A stretch of 64,000 bases of DNA from a virus, in IMG/VR virus record IMGVR_UViG_3300029922_000031, positions 41,075 through 105,074 of that record. One strand, written 5' to 3'. This document shows positions 49,271-58,319 of this stretch, piece after piece; position 1 is the stretch's first letter; each line of letters opens with the position of its first letter. The position numbers and the translations under genes are program-made. The notes under the pieces are model-generated. The model had not been told where the DNA came from, did not search any database, and saw nothing but the letters and a program-made list of their open reading frames with translations.

Positions 49271-49990
49271 CGCCTCGAACTCCTGACGGAACGACTTTTC
49301 ATCCATATCGCCGCGGGCCGCTTCGATTTCTTCGGGCGGGATGAACGGCGAGGTGATCGTCGGGAACTGCCAGCTTCTCCAGGGATTGACCCGCCAGATC
49401 TTCTCCTTGCGATCGAAATAGTTGTCGCCGCGCTGGCCGAGCATGTAGACGTCGTAGAGCCAGTTGAAGCTCTTCGGGGTGCCGATGATGATCGCGTCGC
49501 CGCCGGTCGAGGCCAGCGTCGCGCGCAGCACCAAATACCAGGTGTCGGGCCGCACGTCCTGCGCCTCGTCGATCACGACCAGGTCGAGAGCGGTGCCGCG
49601 GAGCGTATCCGGCTTGTCGGCGCCCTTGCACTCGATGATCGTCCCATTGGCGAGGAAGATCGTCATCAGGGTTTCGTTGATCTTGACGATCAGCCCGCGC
49701 GGGATCGTATCGATCAGCTCGCGCCACATAATGCCGCGCGCCATTCGATAGGTCGGCGCGACGTACCAGATGAGTTTCTTGGGCTTGCGGGCAGCGATCA
49801 GAATCGCATTGCGGGCACAGGCGGTCTTTCCCCATCGGCGGCCGGCGACAATGACGCGGAAGCGCCGACGATCATTTAGAACCGTAGCCTGGCCGGAATG
49901 CACGAATAGACGCTTGGCGTCAGCGCGCAACGCCCCGCGAAACGCGCGCCAAGCGACCTTTTCAGCCTTCATTGCAGCCGACAGAGCCAT
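49031..49990 (-). CDS. terL: terL N-part: terminase ATPase domain + intein N-terminus
   Basis: AGRRWGKT, WYVAPTY, LRG..LD.VVIDEAQD, IGTPK, FRQEFEA, then intein blocks A-B and stop. Confidence 0.9.
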   Translation of the reverse strand: MALSAAMKAEKVAWRAFRGALRADAKRLFVHSGQATVLNDRRRFRVIVAGRRWGKTACARNAILIAARKPKKLIWYVAPTYRMARGIMWRELIDTIPRGLIVKINETLMTIFLANGTIIECKGADKPDTLRGTALDLVVIDEAQDVRPDTWYLVLRATLASTGGDAIIIGTPKSFNWLYDVYMLGQRGDNYFDRKEKIWRVNPWRSWQFPTITSPFIPPEEIEAARGDMDEKSFRQEFEACHLLETQVRMWNGEVKAIRDIRFGDELIHITPDGERIPTSVLRIGETGRKIICDVILETGEIISASAHHKFKVHRADAS

Positions 49991-50676
49991 TAGCTCTCTT
50001 CCTCGATCACATCGTCGTCGAGGGAAGGAAGTTCCTCATCGTCGTTCTGCTGGCTCTTGCGCGCCGCAATGATCTCGTCGTCGCCCATGTAGCGAATGTC
50101 GATCTGCGGCAGCTCCTTCTCATCGATCTGGTCGTCGATGCCGAGCAGGCGACGCATCGCTTCATCGATCACGACGATGGTGCGCGCGGCGCCATTCGCC
50201 TCTTTTACCGTCGGCCCGACGCCGCCGCTGGCGAGGTCTTCGCGCCAGTGCTTCTGTCGAACACCTTCAATTATCATGGCGCTACGGAGCTGAGCGTAAG
50301 CCGAAAGCTTGTGCTCCTCGATGTATTTGAGCCGGCGATCGGCGAAAGTCTCCTTGATCTCAGCTTCTTTGGAGGCCGCGGCCGCGGCAACTTCGGCCTC
50401 GCGCGCGAGCTTTCGGCAAGCGAAGGTGATCTTCGCCTGGCGCAGGAGTTTCGAGACGTATTGAACGGAGATGCCGAACTTTAGAGCGCAGGCGCTAGGC
50501 TTGGTCAGACCCTCTGCGACCTGGTCACGGATCCACTGACGGTCCGCAGGGGTGGTTTTGCCCATCCCGGCGACAAAGACGCGCTTCTCCTCTTCCGGAG
50601 CCGCAGCGATCTCTTTTTCGAGCTCCGCGTCATCGGAAGCTGATACGCTCTCCGCAAGCCCTTCCTCTTCACTCAT
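49990..50676 (-). CDS. Probable terminase small subunit (HTH)
   Basis: Directly upstream of terL with TAATG coupling; HTH-like SACALKFGISVQYVSKLL; acidic tail. Confidence 0.6.
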   Translation of the reverse strand: MSEEEGLAESVSASDDAELEKEIAAAPEEEKRVFVAGMGKTTPADRQWIRDQVAEGLTKPSACALKFGISVQYVSKLLRQAKITFACRKLAREAEVAAAAASKEAEIKETFADRRLKYIEEHKLSAYAQLRSAMIIEGVRQKHWREDLASGGVGPTVKEANGAARTIVVIDEAMRRLLGIDDQIDEKELPQIDIRYMGDDEIIAARKSQQNDDEELPSLDDDVIEEES

Positions 50677-50804
50677 AACAAGTCCAATCAAAACTGACTG
50701 ATGATAACACATCCCGGAGGATGTCCATGTCCGTCCTCTCAATACTTACTAATAACTGTTAGTGATTAGTAGTTAGTACTTATTGAGAGGCTGGACGCGG
50801 ATTG

Positions 50805-51107
50805 TTAGAATTCCGCGTCCGGAATGGGCTTGAAACGCCTATAGGCGGCCGGGGTTGGTTTGATGAAGCACTTCATTCCCGGCTTCTCTGGTCCATGATT
50901 CTTACCGTAGACCAGTTCCACGGCGCCGTGATCACGCAAATAGCGTAGGGAGCAGCTAATTGCGGCCTTAGATACCTTCGGACCATAGGATAGCGCCGCT
51001 TTCAGCTCGTCGAGCGACGGAATCTGCCCCTTACCGAGAAAATTGAAGACGGTGCGAAGGATCTCGGCCTGCTTGTCCGTCGGGTCGAAGTTGTCGAGAC
51101 TGCTCAT
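50805..51107 (-). CDS. Winged-helix DNA-binding protein (LexA-N-like)
   Basis: TDKQAEIL......PSLDEL...SKAAISCSLRYL..HG.V. Confidence 0.7.
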   Translation of the reverse strand: MSSLDNFDPTDKQAEILRTVFNFLGKGQIPSLDELKAALSYGPKVSKAAISCSLRYLRDHGAVELVYGKNHGPEKPGMKCFIKPTPAAYRRFKPIPDAEF

Positions 51108-52012
51108 GAAAGTACCAGGGGCTCAGTTGGGGGTTGGCGATCGAAAGTGTTCAGTGCGAGCTCTGCGGGAAGCGCCCTACCCCGGTCCGGGTTCTTGAAG
51201 ACGCCGTACATCGGGCTGGCGAGCACCATCTGCTGGATGTTCTTGATCAGGGCGTGATCCGTCATGCCGTCGACGCGGGATGTGCCCTTACCCTTGTTGA
51301 CGCCCGTCTTCTCCATGTGGGAGTGGCGATAATAGAAGGTCCGGCACTCGGCGATGAGCTTTTCGCGCTCCAGACCGGTCTTGGAGCTGAGCTCGTCGAC
51401 GATCGCCTCGTAATCTTGCGGGCTGGCGACGAAATTCTCGCGGAAGAAGCGAATCCCGACGTCGAATTTGTTGGAATTCAGCGGTGTCACGAAGCGAAAG
51501 CCGGCCTTCTGACCAAAATGGTTGAATTTCGACATAGACGACTGAATCTCCATGAAGGTGTTGCCCTCCATGCGTGCGACCAGATTCATCATCCGGTAGC
51601 CGCAGCCAATGCCGCGGTACATCGTGTCGAACACGAAGCGACCGATGACGCGAAAGTTGTCGTTGATGAAGACGTAGCGCTGCGTGTTGACGATCTTGGT
51701 GTCGCCGCCTTTGGGCTTGAGCTTTGGGAAGGCGATGTGGCGCTCCTTCAGGAGACCCTTGGGCAGCCCGGTGACGATGACGCCGATGGTCTCGCCATGT
51801 AGCGTGGTCTTCCAATATCGGGCTCCCATCGGGATGCCCTCGGCCTTGTAGTGCAGGTGATGCAGCAATTCCCAGTCGCTCTTGTCGCCCCTGCTGACGA
51901 TCATGTCGTCTAACAGCGAGAAACGAGCGCTGGGGTGCATCCGTCGTTCGAGACGTGCATCGCAAGCCCCAGACTCGAGATACTCGTCAGTGAGCTTCTC
52001 TGTGAATGTCAC
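51104..52012 (-). CDS. GNAT-fold (Mom-like) acyltransferase partner of the ABC ATPase
   Basis: W..L..LHYK, IG.IV.G.P, RVIGRFVFDTMYRGIGCG acyl-CoA-binding motif, SSM.KFN.F..KAGF. GTG start placed at 52012 (GTGA overlap). Confidence 0.7.
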   Translation of the reverse strand: MTFTEKLTDEYLESGACDARLERRMHPSARFSLLDDMIVSRGDKSDWELLHHLHYKAEGIPMGARYWKTTLHGETIGVIVTGLPKGLLKERHIAFPKLKPKGGDTKIVNTQRYVFINDNFRVIGRFVFDTMYRGIGCGYRMMNLVARMEGNTFMEIQSSMSKFNHFGQKAGFRFVTPLNSNKFDVGIRFFRENFVASPQDYEAIVDELSSKTGLEREKLIAECRTFYYRHSHMEKTGVNKGKGTSRVDGMTDHALIKNIQQMVLASPMYGVFKNPDRGRALPAELALNTFDRQPPTEPLVLS

Positions 52013-52254
52013 GGCAGCGTGCGCCGATCGATGAAGAACTCCACGTAGAGGGCATAGCCGCCGCGGAAATAGAGCCACAGCCGGCGCCCACTCCATTCGG
52101 GGTGCGGTTCCAGGTACGGATTGAGACGACACAAGGTCATCGCCATGATGCGCGGCATCGACTTCGCGCCATGATGCGTCCCCTCACGCTCCCAGTGAGA
52201 GAGGCTTCCGTTGATCTTCAGGGACCAGCGGCGTCGCTTGATTAGGGTGATCAC
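52009..52254 (-). CDS. Small hypothetical protein (paralog of 62736-62984)
   Basis: GTGA overlaps at both ends; LNP..E.....G.RLW.Y...G.A motif. Confidence 0.6.
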   Translation of the reverse strand: MITLIKRRRWSLKINGSLSHWEREGTHHGAKSMPRIMAMTLCRLNPYLEPHPEWSGRRLWLYFRGGYALYVEFFIDRRTLP

Positions 52255-53000
52255 AGCGCGCGTATCTCCTCTACTTGACCGCAGTGAACGCACAGCCGTG
52301 GATAGGTCTGGTTCATGGATCGCGAATAGATGTGTCGACCGCCCTGCCCCGAGCACTCCTTCGATTCGGCCTTCTTGAGCCGGATCTTCTCGCGAAAGTG
52401 CTTCGTCACCATTAGAGTCGGCGCGAGCTCCATCTCGAGATCGGTGTGCGTGGTAGCGACGATCAGGGTCTTCTTGAGGGCTCGGGCGACCTTCTGGATA
52501 TTGAAGGCGATGATTCGGGCTGTCACGCGATCGAGCACGGCGCCGAACTCGTCAGCGACCCAGACGTCGTGCCCTTTAGACATCAGTGAGGCGAGCTTCA
52601 GCCGATAGCGTTGACCATCGGAGAGCTCCGAAGGCTTGCGCAGATAGAGATAGGCGTCCGAGATCCCGGCCTTGGCGAGGAAGTCGGCGGCGATCGTCGT
52701 CGTCTCGCCGAGCAGGTCGATGACCGGTTGATTCCCCAGCTCGATCTTGTCGAGGTCGGCGACGGTTAGCCCGCCGGCGCGCATCTGAGCGGCCAGATCC
52801 TTCAGCAGGAGTGACTTCCCGGAGCCGGACTGACCGGTGATGTAGACGACGTCGCCAGCGTTCACCTCGATCTCGAAGTGATCGTAAACGATGAACTCCT
52901 TCTCGGAGAGTCCGAGCCCGAAGCCTTCGGCGATCTCCAGCACGCGCGGGGTGCGCTCGACGGAGGTGGTGAATCGCTTGTCGACGACGTATTTCATCAA
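52251..53000 (-). CDS. Soluble ABC-type ATPase
   Basis: GQSGSGKS, signature LSDGQ, VADEF, H-loop ATTH; no permease nearby. Confidence 0.9.
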   Translation of the reverse strand: MMKYVVDKRFTTSVERTPRVLEIAEGFGLGLSEKEFIVYDHFEIEVNAGDVVYITGQSGSGKSLLLKDLAAQMRAGGLTVADLDKIELGNQPVIDLLGETTTIAADFLAKAGISDAYLYLRKPSELSDGQRYRLKLASLMSKGHDVWVADEFGAVLDRVTARIIAFNIQKVARALKKTLIVATTHTDLEMELAPTLMVTKHFREKIRLKKAESKECSGQGGRHIYSRSMNQTYPRLCVHCGQVEEIRAL

Positions 53001-53365
53001 ACCGGCTCGTTTTCGATGTCGTTGATGACTTCCGCGATCGTCGGATAGGATGCCCGAGCCCAGAACTTCAGGTCATCTTCGATCAGAAAGAGGCCGCCGA
53101 GGAACTTTATCGCGGTGTGAACCGGGTCAGGCTCTCTCGCCGGCAGCCCCGTCCAGCGCATGAATCCGCCAGATTTCTGGTTCCACGAAATCATGGCGAT
53201 ACCGGTCAGTTCGCCGGCCTCCGCCATCTCGAGCGCGTTCTTCAGCGCGTCGATGAGAACGGAATCGGCCTCCTTCACAGCGCTTGGCTCGATCTGCGGG
53301 TCGACATAGGGGATCGGCATGATCTTCTGGCCAGCTTTGAAGTTGATCACGTTATCATTGGACAT
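52997..53365 (-). CDS. Hypothetical protein
   Basis: DNVINF...L..ALE.AEAGEL.GIA pattern; tiles the operon. Confidence 0.65.
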   Translation of the reverse strand: MSNDNVINFKAGQKIMPIPYVDPQIEPSAVKEADSVLIDALKNALEMAEAGELTGIAMISWNQKSGGFMRWTGLPAREPDPVHTAIKFLGGLFLIEDDLKFWARASYPTIAEVINDIENEPV

Positions 53366-53386
53366 CAATCAATCCTGATTTATCAG

Positions 53387-54064
53387 TTACTTCGCGGAAA
53401 TCTTGATCTCGTCGAAATAGGCCATCAGTGCGAGCGCACCGGTCTTGCCGGTGTCGACTTCGATCTGGGTCATGAACGCCTTGACGCGCCGGCTCTGCGC
53501 GATCGTGAATCGCTTGAAGCCGAACGCCTTGGCGAGCGGTGCGTCCTGCTCGTCGACCAGGGCCTGCTTATCGGCGTTGGTCGTCTTCTGATGTTCGACG
53601 GCGCTCGAAATATCGTCAATGAAGGCGCTTTCGTCGAGCTCGCCGATCTTGTCCTGAAGGAATGCCAGCTCTTGCTCATTGAAATTGAGCGAAAGCAGGT
53701 CGTAGCCGAGATCCTTGAGGTCGTAGATTTCGGTCTGAATCATCTGGGTGTCGTAGTCGGTCGAGGCAGCCCGGTTGTCGGCCAGGCGCAGGGCGCGCGT
53801 CTCGGCATCGGAGATGTCGAGCACCAGCGCCGGGACCTTCTTCAGGCCCATCTTGATCGCCGCCAGGCGTCGGCCATGGCCGGCGATGATTGAACCGGTC
53901 GTCTTCTGAATGACGATCGGCTGCGTCCAGCCAAACTGCTGGATCAGCTTGATCAGCCCGTCGATCTGCTCATCGGAGTGCTTCTTGGCGTTATTTTCGT
54001 ACGGAACGAGCTTGGCGACGTCCCAGAGTTCGATTGTGCCGTTGTCGGGAATCTTGGACGTCAT
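53387..54064 (-). CDS. ParB/Srx N-terminal-domain protein
   Basis: LVPYENNAKKH, FGWTQPIV, IIAGHGRRLAA, LRLADNR. Confidence 0.88.
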   Translation of the reverse strand: MTSKIPDNGTIELWDVAKLVPYENNAKKHSDEQIDGLIKLIQQFGWTQPIVIQKTTGSIIAGHGRRLAAIKMGLKKVPALVLDISDAETRALRLADNRAASTDYDTQMIQTEIYDLKDLGYDLLSLNFNEQELAFLQDKIGELDESAFIDDISSAVEHQKTTNADKQALVDEQDAPLAKAFGFKRFTIAQSRRVKAFMTQIEVDTGKTGALALMAYFDEIKISAK

Positions 54065-54065
54065 G

Positions 54066-54269
54066 TCAGTCTCGCGATTTGGAAAGGAAGCTGTCGGCGT
54101 AGGGGTCGAGTTCCTCGACGGTGCCCTCGAAGTTCTCGCCAACGCCGCAGTCACCGCAGGCTTTATTGGTGTTTCCGGGCTTGAAGAACTTGCACTCCGG
54201 GCAATCGTCGAAGCGCGGCTCGGTGGCGGCAGTGATCTTTCGACGGGCCTGGCGGCGGGGCTTACTCAT
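54066..54269 (-). CDS. Small Cys-rich protein
   Basis: CPEC...CGDC..GENFE; fits between the two ParB genes. Confidence 0.6.
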   Translation of the reverse strand: MSKPRRQARRKITAATEPRFDDCPECKFFKPGNTNKACGDCGVGENFEGTVEELDPYADSFLSKSRD

Positions 54270-54969
54270 CGTCGAGTTCCGACGTCGTGCTCGTAAGAAG
54301 CAGGTGGACGAGTGCGTCGCCGGCGTTGGTTAGCTGGTCGGAGGCGGTGTAGCCGTGGGCCGTCTCGATACGCGCGATCAGCTCGGTGATGCGCTCGGAA
54401 TCGGCCAGCGGCACCTTGAAGCGCATGATGGCGTGGGTCTTGGGGACTTTCGCGATCGGCAGTTCAGGTTCTCGCTCCTGCTCTTCCTTGCCGTCGAACT
54501 TCCCATCAATGCCCAGCTCATCCAGGTCTATAGCTTGAGAACTGAAGATCGATGTCAGATCATCATTGTCATACGGGAGGAAGGATTGGATCTCGTTTTC
54601 GTTGCCCAGCTCTTTGAGCAGCACGGCCAGTGCCAGCGTGTCATCGGCGCCGTACCGAGCGTTGTCCGCGAGGGAAATCTCTTTCGCTTCCTTGTCGCTG
54701 ATCGGCCCCAGGTTGAAGATCGGGATGCTGTCGAGTCCGACGCGGACGGCCGACTGAGCCCGATGTTCCCCGCCGATAATCTCGAGACCGATCGCGAACG
54801 TGCCGCCATCCTCGATCTCGATCTCCCGAACGACGACGGGCTTGAAGCACCCGAACCGGCGGATTGAAGCGTCGAGCTTCTGCTCAACCGCAGGTGACAT
54901 TCGATTCGTATTCCAGGGATTTGGCAGTAGCGCGGCTGGATCCGCAGATTGGGCTTTGGACACAAGCAA
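54262..54969 (-). CDS. ParB/Srx N-terminal-domain protein
   Basis: LLPNPWNTN, FGCFKPVVVR, IIGGEHR, ISLADN.RYG.DD. Confidence 0.88.
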   Translation of the reverse strand: MLVSKAQSADPAALLPNPWNTNRMSPAVEQKLDASIRRFGCFKPVVVREIEIEDGGTFAIGLEIIGGEHRAQSAVRVGLDSIPIFNLGPISDKEAKEISLADNARYGADDTLALAVLLKELGNENEIQSFLPYDNDDLTSIFSSQAIDLDELGIDGKFDGKEEQEREPELPIAKVPKTHAIMRFKVPLADSERITELIARIETAHGYTASDQLTNAGDALVHLLLTSTTSELDDE

Positions 54970-55024
54970 TCCTGTGTTAGATAAACAGTCAAGACTGATT
55001 TACCACAACAGAGCGAAATAGCAA

Positions 55025-56647
55025 GTGGCTTTCGAAAAAACGAAAAGCATCAAACTCGCCGCCAATTGCGTTATCGCTAGGCTGATCGACGCCCCAAAGA
55101 AGGTTATCGACCTGGTGGCCGAACTGCTCTCCTATCGGGTCGAGGGCGCCGAATTCATGGGAACGACGAACTGGAGTGGCCGATCGAGCTTCTACTCGCG
55201 CCGAAATGACACCTTCCCGGCTGGCTTCGTCTATCTTGTCCACGCCGAACTGAGACGCCGCGGCTATGCTGTCCAGATCATCATGCGGCCGCATGTCGAG
55301 CCGCTGGGGCCTGCGTCGCCAATCGTCGACGAGTTCGGCAACGACAATCCTGACTACGATTTCCAGATGAAGGCGCTGGCGCAGGTCGAAAAGCATGGTC
55401 GCGGCATCGTTCAAGTCGCCACCGGCGGCGGCAAGTCGAAGATCGCCAAGCTTGTCGCCGCGCGCTATCGCCGGATGACGATGTTCCTGACCACCCGCGG
55501 CATTCTGCTCTACCAGATGGCCGATGGCTTCAAGTCGGCCGGGATGAACGTCGGGATCATCGGCGACGGGGTCTGGAGCCCTGTGCGCGGCGTCAACTGC
55601 GGCATGGTGCAGACCTTCATCGCCAGGCTCGAGGAACCCGATCTCAACGCCGAGATTCGCGCTCTGGTTAAATCTCACGCTTCAGCCAGCGCCAAGGCCG
55701 AAAAGAAGGGGTTGCCGCCGCCGGCGACGCCGAACCGCGCGGCGCTGGTCAAACTGGCTACCGCCAAGTTCGATGAGAAGACCAAAACGCTTGCCCGCCA
55801 CGTCAAGCTGCTCGAAATGGTCGAGGTGGTGATCGGCGAAGAGGCGCATGAGGCCGGCGGCGACTCCTATTACAAGATCCTTCGCCACTGCAAGAATGCC
55901 TCGATTCGGGTCGCTCTGACCGCAACGCCCTTCATGCGCGACGACGCCGAAGACAATATGCGGCTGATGGCGGCGTTCGGCCCGGTGCTGATCCAGGTCT
56001 CCGAGAAGCTGCTGATCGATCGTGGCGTTCTGTCGACCCCGAGCTTCAAGTTTCACGTCAGCAAGGCTCATCCCAAGCTGCATCGCACCTCGCCCTGGCA
56101 GCGCGCCTATCAGCTTGGCTACATGGAAAATCGCTTCATGCACCTCGACATTGTTGCCGAAGCGAAGATGGCGGCTGAACGGAAGCTGCCGGTAATGACG
56201 CTGGTGCAGCGAACCGATCATGGCGATGTTCTCAGCATGGCGATGCGCGACGCCGGGCTGCGGGTCGAGTTCATTCGTGGCGACAATGATCAGGTCGAGC
56301 GCAAACAGGCGCTCCGGCGTCTCGCCAAAGGCGAAATTGACGTTCTAATCGGCACTACGATCTTGGATGTTGGCGTCGACATGCCGGCGATCGGTCTGGT
56401 GCAGCTCGCCGGCGGCGGGAAGGCCGAGGTGGCGCTCCGGCAGCGTATAGGCCGCGCCATGCGTCGGAAGAAGAAGGGGCCGAACGTCTGTTTCGTTACG
56501 GACTACTCCGTTGAGCTCAATGAGCACCTCAAAGGGCATTCTCAGACCCGCAGAGCGATCATCGAAGCAACTCCTGGCTTTGGAGAACGAATTATCCCCA
56601 AGGGCGGCGATCATTTTTGGCGTCTGTTCGACAAAGTCACTGCTTAG
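55025..56647 (+). CDS. SF2 DNA helicase (UvsW/XPB-like)
   Basis: ATGGGKS, GEEAHE, LTATP, ILDVGVDMP, QRIGRAMR. Confidence 0.92.
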   Translation: MAFEKTKSIKLAANCVIARLIDAPKKVIDLVAELLSYRVEGAEFMGTTNWSGRSSFYSRRNDTFPAGFVYLVHAELRRRGYAVQIIMRPHVEPLGPASPIVDEFGNDNPDYDFQMKALAQVEKHGRGIVQVATGGGKSKIAKLVAARYRRMTMFLTTRGILLYQMADGFKSAGMNVGIIGDGVWSPVRGVNCGMVQTFIARLEEPDLNAEIRALVKSHASASAKAEKKGLPPPATPNRAALVKLATAKFDEKTKTLARHVKLLEMVEVVIGEEAHEAGGDSYYKILRHCKNASIRVALTATPFMRDDAEDNMRLMAAFGPVLIQVSEKLLIDRGVLSTPSFKFHVSKAHPKLHRTSPWQRAYQLGYMENRFMHLDIVAEAKMAAERKLPVMTLVQRTDHGDVLSMAMRDAGLRVEFIRGDNDQVERKQALRRLAKGEIDVLIGTTILDVGVDMPAIGLVQLAGGGKAEVALRQRIGRAMRRKKKGPNVCFVTDYSVELNEHLKGHSQTRRAIIEATPGFGERIIPKGGDHFWRLFDKVTA

Positions 56648-56674
56648 GGATCGATTTGCGCTATATACGTCTGT

Positions 56675-56863
56675 ATGAACACACGTCATGTCGATGCCGT
56701 ACACTTCTTTGACAGTCGCGGGGTATCCACGATGTCATTCGACTTCCTTTTGAGAGAGAAAGTTCGTCTTGAGAAGGAGGTTGAGCGTCTTACACGCCTT
56801 CTTGACGCCAACCAGCGTCGTCAACGTGCCGAACTCGACGAAAGAACCAAGCAGAACTCTTAA
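56675..56863 (+). CDS. Small coiled-coil hypothetical protein
   Basis: LLREKVRLEKEVERLTRLL heptad pattern; start uncertain. Confidence 0.45.
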   Translation: MNTRHVDAVHFFDSRGVSTMSFDFLLREKVRLEKEVERLTRLLDANQRRQRAELDERTKQNS

Positions 56864-56901
56864 TTTGCCCACCGAAGTAAGTCAACATTGACTGAGAGAA
56901 C

Positions 56902-57468
56902 ATGAAATTACCGCATATCATCTCGATTAGTGGCTTCCCTGGCTCCGGGAAGAGCGAAGTTCAACGAATTCTGAAGGATGTCTACGGCGTTCAGCCCATC
57001 GATGATGGCGATCCGCTGCGCAAGTTCGCGATTCAGCGCTTCGGCATGTCGCATGACGACGTCTACACTCAGGAAGGCAAGAAACGCTCGACCGACATTC
57101 TCGGCAAGAGCTGGGTGAACCGCAAAGCGCTCGGCGAGCTGGGTAACGTGCTCGAGGCGACCTTCGGCGCTCACATCATGCCGTTCATGGCGACGCGCAA
57201 CCTCGACCCCGCTCTCTCCTACAGCTTCGGCAGCGTTCGGCGCGATCAGGGCAAGTTCTACAAGAACATGGGCGGCGTCGCGTTTGGCGTCGAACGTCCT
57301 GGCACTCCGCCCTCCCCGCACGAGTTCGATCAGTTCGACCGGTCCGTGATCGACTGCTGGGTCATCAACGACGGGACGCTCGAGGATCTGGCGCAGTCTG
57401 TCGCCCTCATCCTCGAAATGCTGCAAGACCCGAACGCTCTCAGCTCAAACATTCGGCTGGTCGCGTGA
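56902..57468 (+). CDS. Deoxynucleoside monophosphate kinase-like P-loop protein
   Basis: ISISGFPGSGKS, DPLR, R..L..LG, VR, V.RPG, INDGTLEDL. Confidence 0.75.
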   Translation: MKLPHIISISGFPGSGKSEVQRILKDVYGVQPIDDGDPLRKFAIQRFGMSHDDVYTQEGKKRSTDILGKSWVNRKALGELGNVLEATFGAHIMPFMATRNLDPALSYSFGSVRRDQGKFYKNMGGVAFGVERPGTPPSPHEFDQFDRSVIDCWVINDGTLEDLAQSVALILEMLQDPNALSSNIRLVA

Positions 57469-57590
57469 AAGAGCGCTTCAAGCCTGAGCCGGTCGGCAAC
57501 TTTCTGGTGCTGGTCGGCTTCTTCGCTCTCTGCGGCCTCGCCTGGCTGCTGATCGACAGCATGAATCAGATCGCCGCCTGCCTGCACTAG
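57465..57590 (+). CDS. Small single-TM protein
   Basis: GTGA overlap with the kinase stop; FLVLVGFFALCGLAWLLI hydrophobic span; 41 aa, below the track cutoff. Confidence 0.45.
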   Translation: MKERFKPEPVGNFLVLVGFFALCGLAWLLIDSMNQIAACLH

Positions 57591-57668
57591 GCGCCTCTTC
57601 CCGAATCTGGTAGCGAATCTCCGACGCCCGATATTCGGGACTTCGCGAAGTGGGCTCGGGGACCGATC

Positions 57669-58319
57669 ATGCTCAGCATCGCCTGCCTCTCCCAGAAGGG
57701 AGGCGTCGGCAAGTCGACGATCGCTCGACTGATTGCGGTGTCATTTGCCGCATCCAAATGGTCGGTGAAGATCGCCGACTTCAATCTCAAGCAGAAAACC
57801 TCATCGAATTGGGCCGCCACGCGGATGAAGGCCGGCGTCAAGCCGACCGTCGCCGCGGAGGCGTTCGCCAGCGTCAAGAGCGCGCTGGCGCAGGAAGCGC
57901 TCTACGACCTGATGGTGTTCGACGGGCGCCCGGATAGTGACACCGGCTCGCTGGAGATCGCCAAGGCCGCAAACTTGGTTATCTGCCCGCTCGGCGTCAG
58001 CCTCGACGATCTCGAGCCCCAGATCGCCTTCGCCGCGGAGCTGCGCGCCAAGGGCGTGCGGCGGGATAAGATTCGCTTCCTGATCAACAATCCCTACGAC
58101 AGTTCCCTAAGCATCGAGGAAGCCAAGGAACTGATCGCTTCGGCTGGCTTTCAGACCTTTGGAGAGATTCTGCCCGGCCGGCTTAGCTATCAGCAGGCGC
58201 AGAACTTCGGGATGGGCGCTACGGAGACGAACTTCTCGTCGCTGAACGCGCGCGCGGCCGCGCTCGCCGCCGAAATATCCGAGACGCTTGGGCTCTTGAC
58301 CGATGGAGATTCAAAATGA
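57669..58319 (+). CDS. parA: Short (type Ib) ParA partition ATPase
   Basis: SQKGGVGKST deviant Walker A, MVFDGRP, ANLVICP; no N-terminal HTH. Confidence 0.92.
   Translation: MLSIACLSQKGGVGKSTIARLIAVSFAASKWSVKIADFNLKQKTSSNWAATRMKAGVKPTVAAEAFASVKSALAQEALYDLMVFDGRPDSDTGSLEIAKAANLVICPLGVSLDDLEPQIAFAAELRAKGVRRDKIRFLINNPYDSSLSIEEAKELIASAGFQTFGEILPGRLSYQQAQNFGMGATETNFSSLNARAAALAAEISETLGLLTDGDSK

Noticed and set aside
52251-53000. ABC transporter
   Set aside because: No permease or substrate-binding gene nearby; context (GNAT, ParB, terminase) points to a soluble ATPase.
53387-54969. ParB genes as the plasmid partition system
   Set aside because: No adjacent ParA and no obvious parS-binding HTH; a separate parA plus RHH pair exists at 57669-58648.
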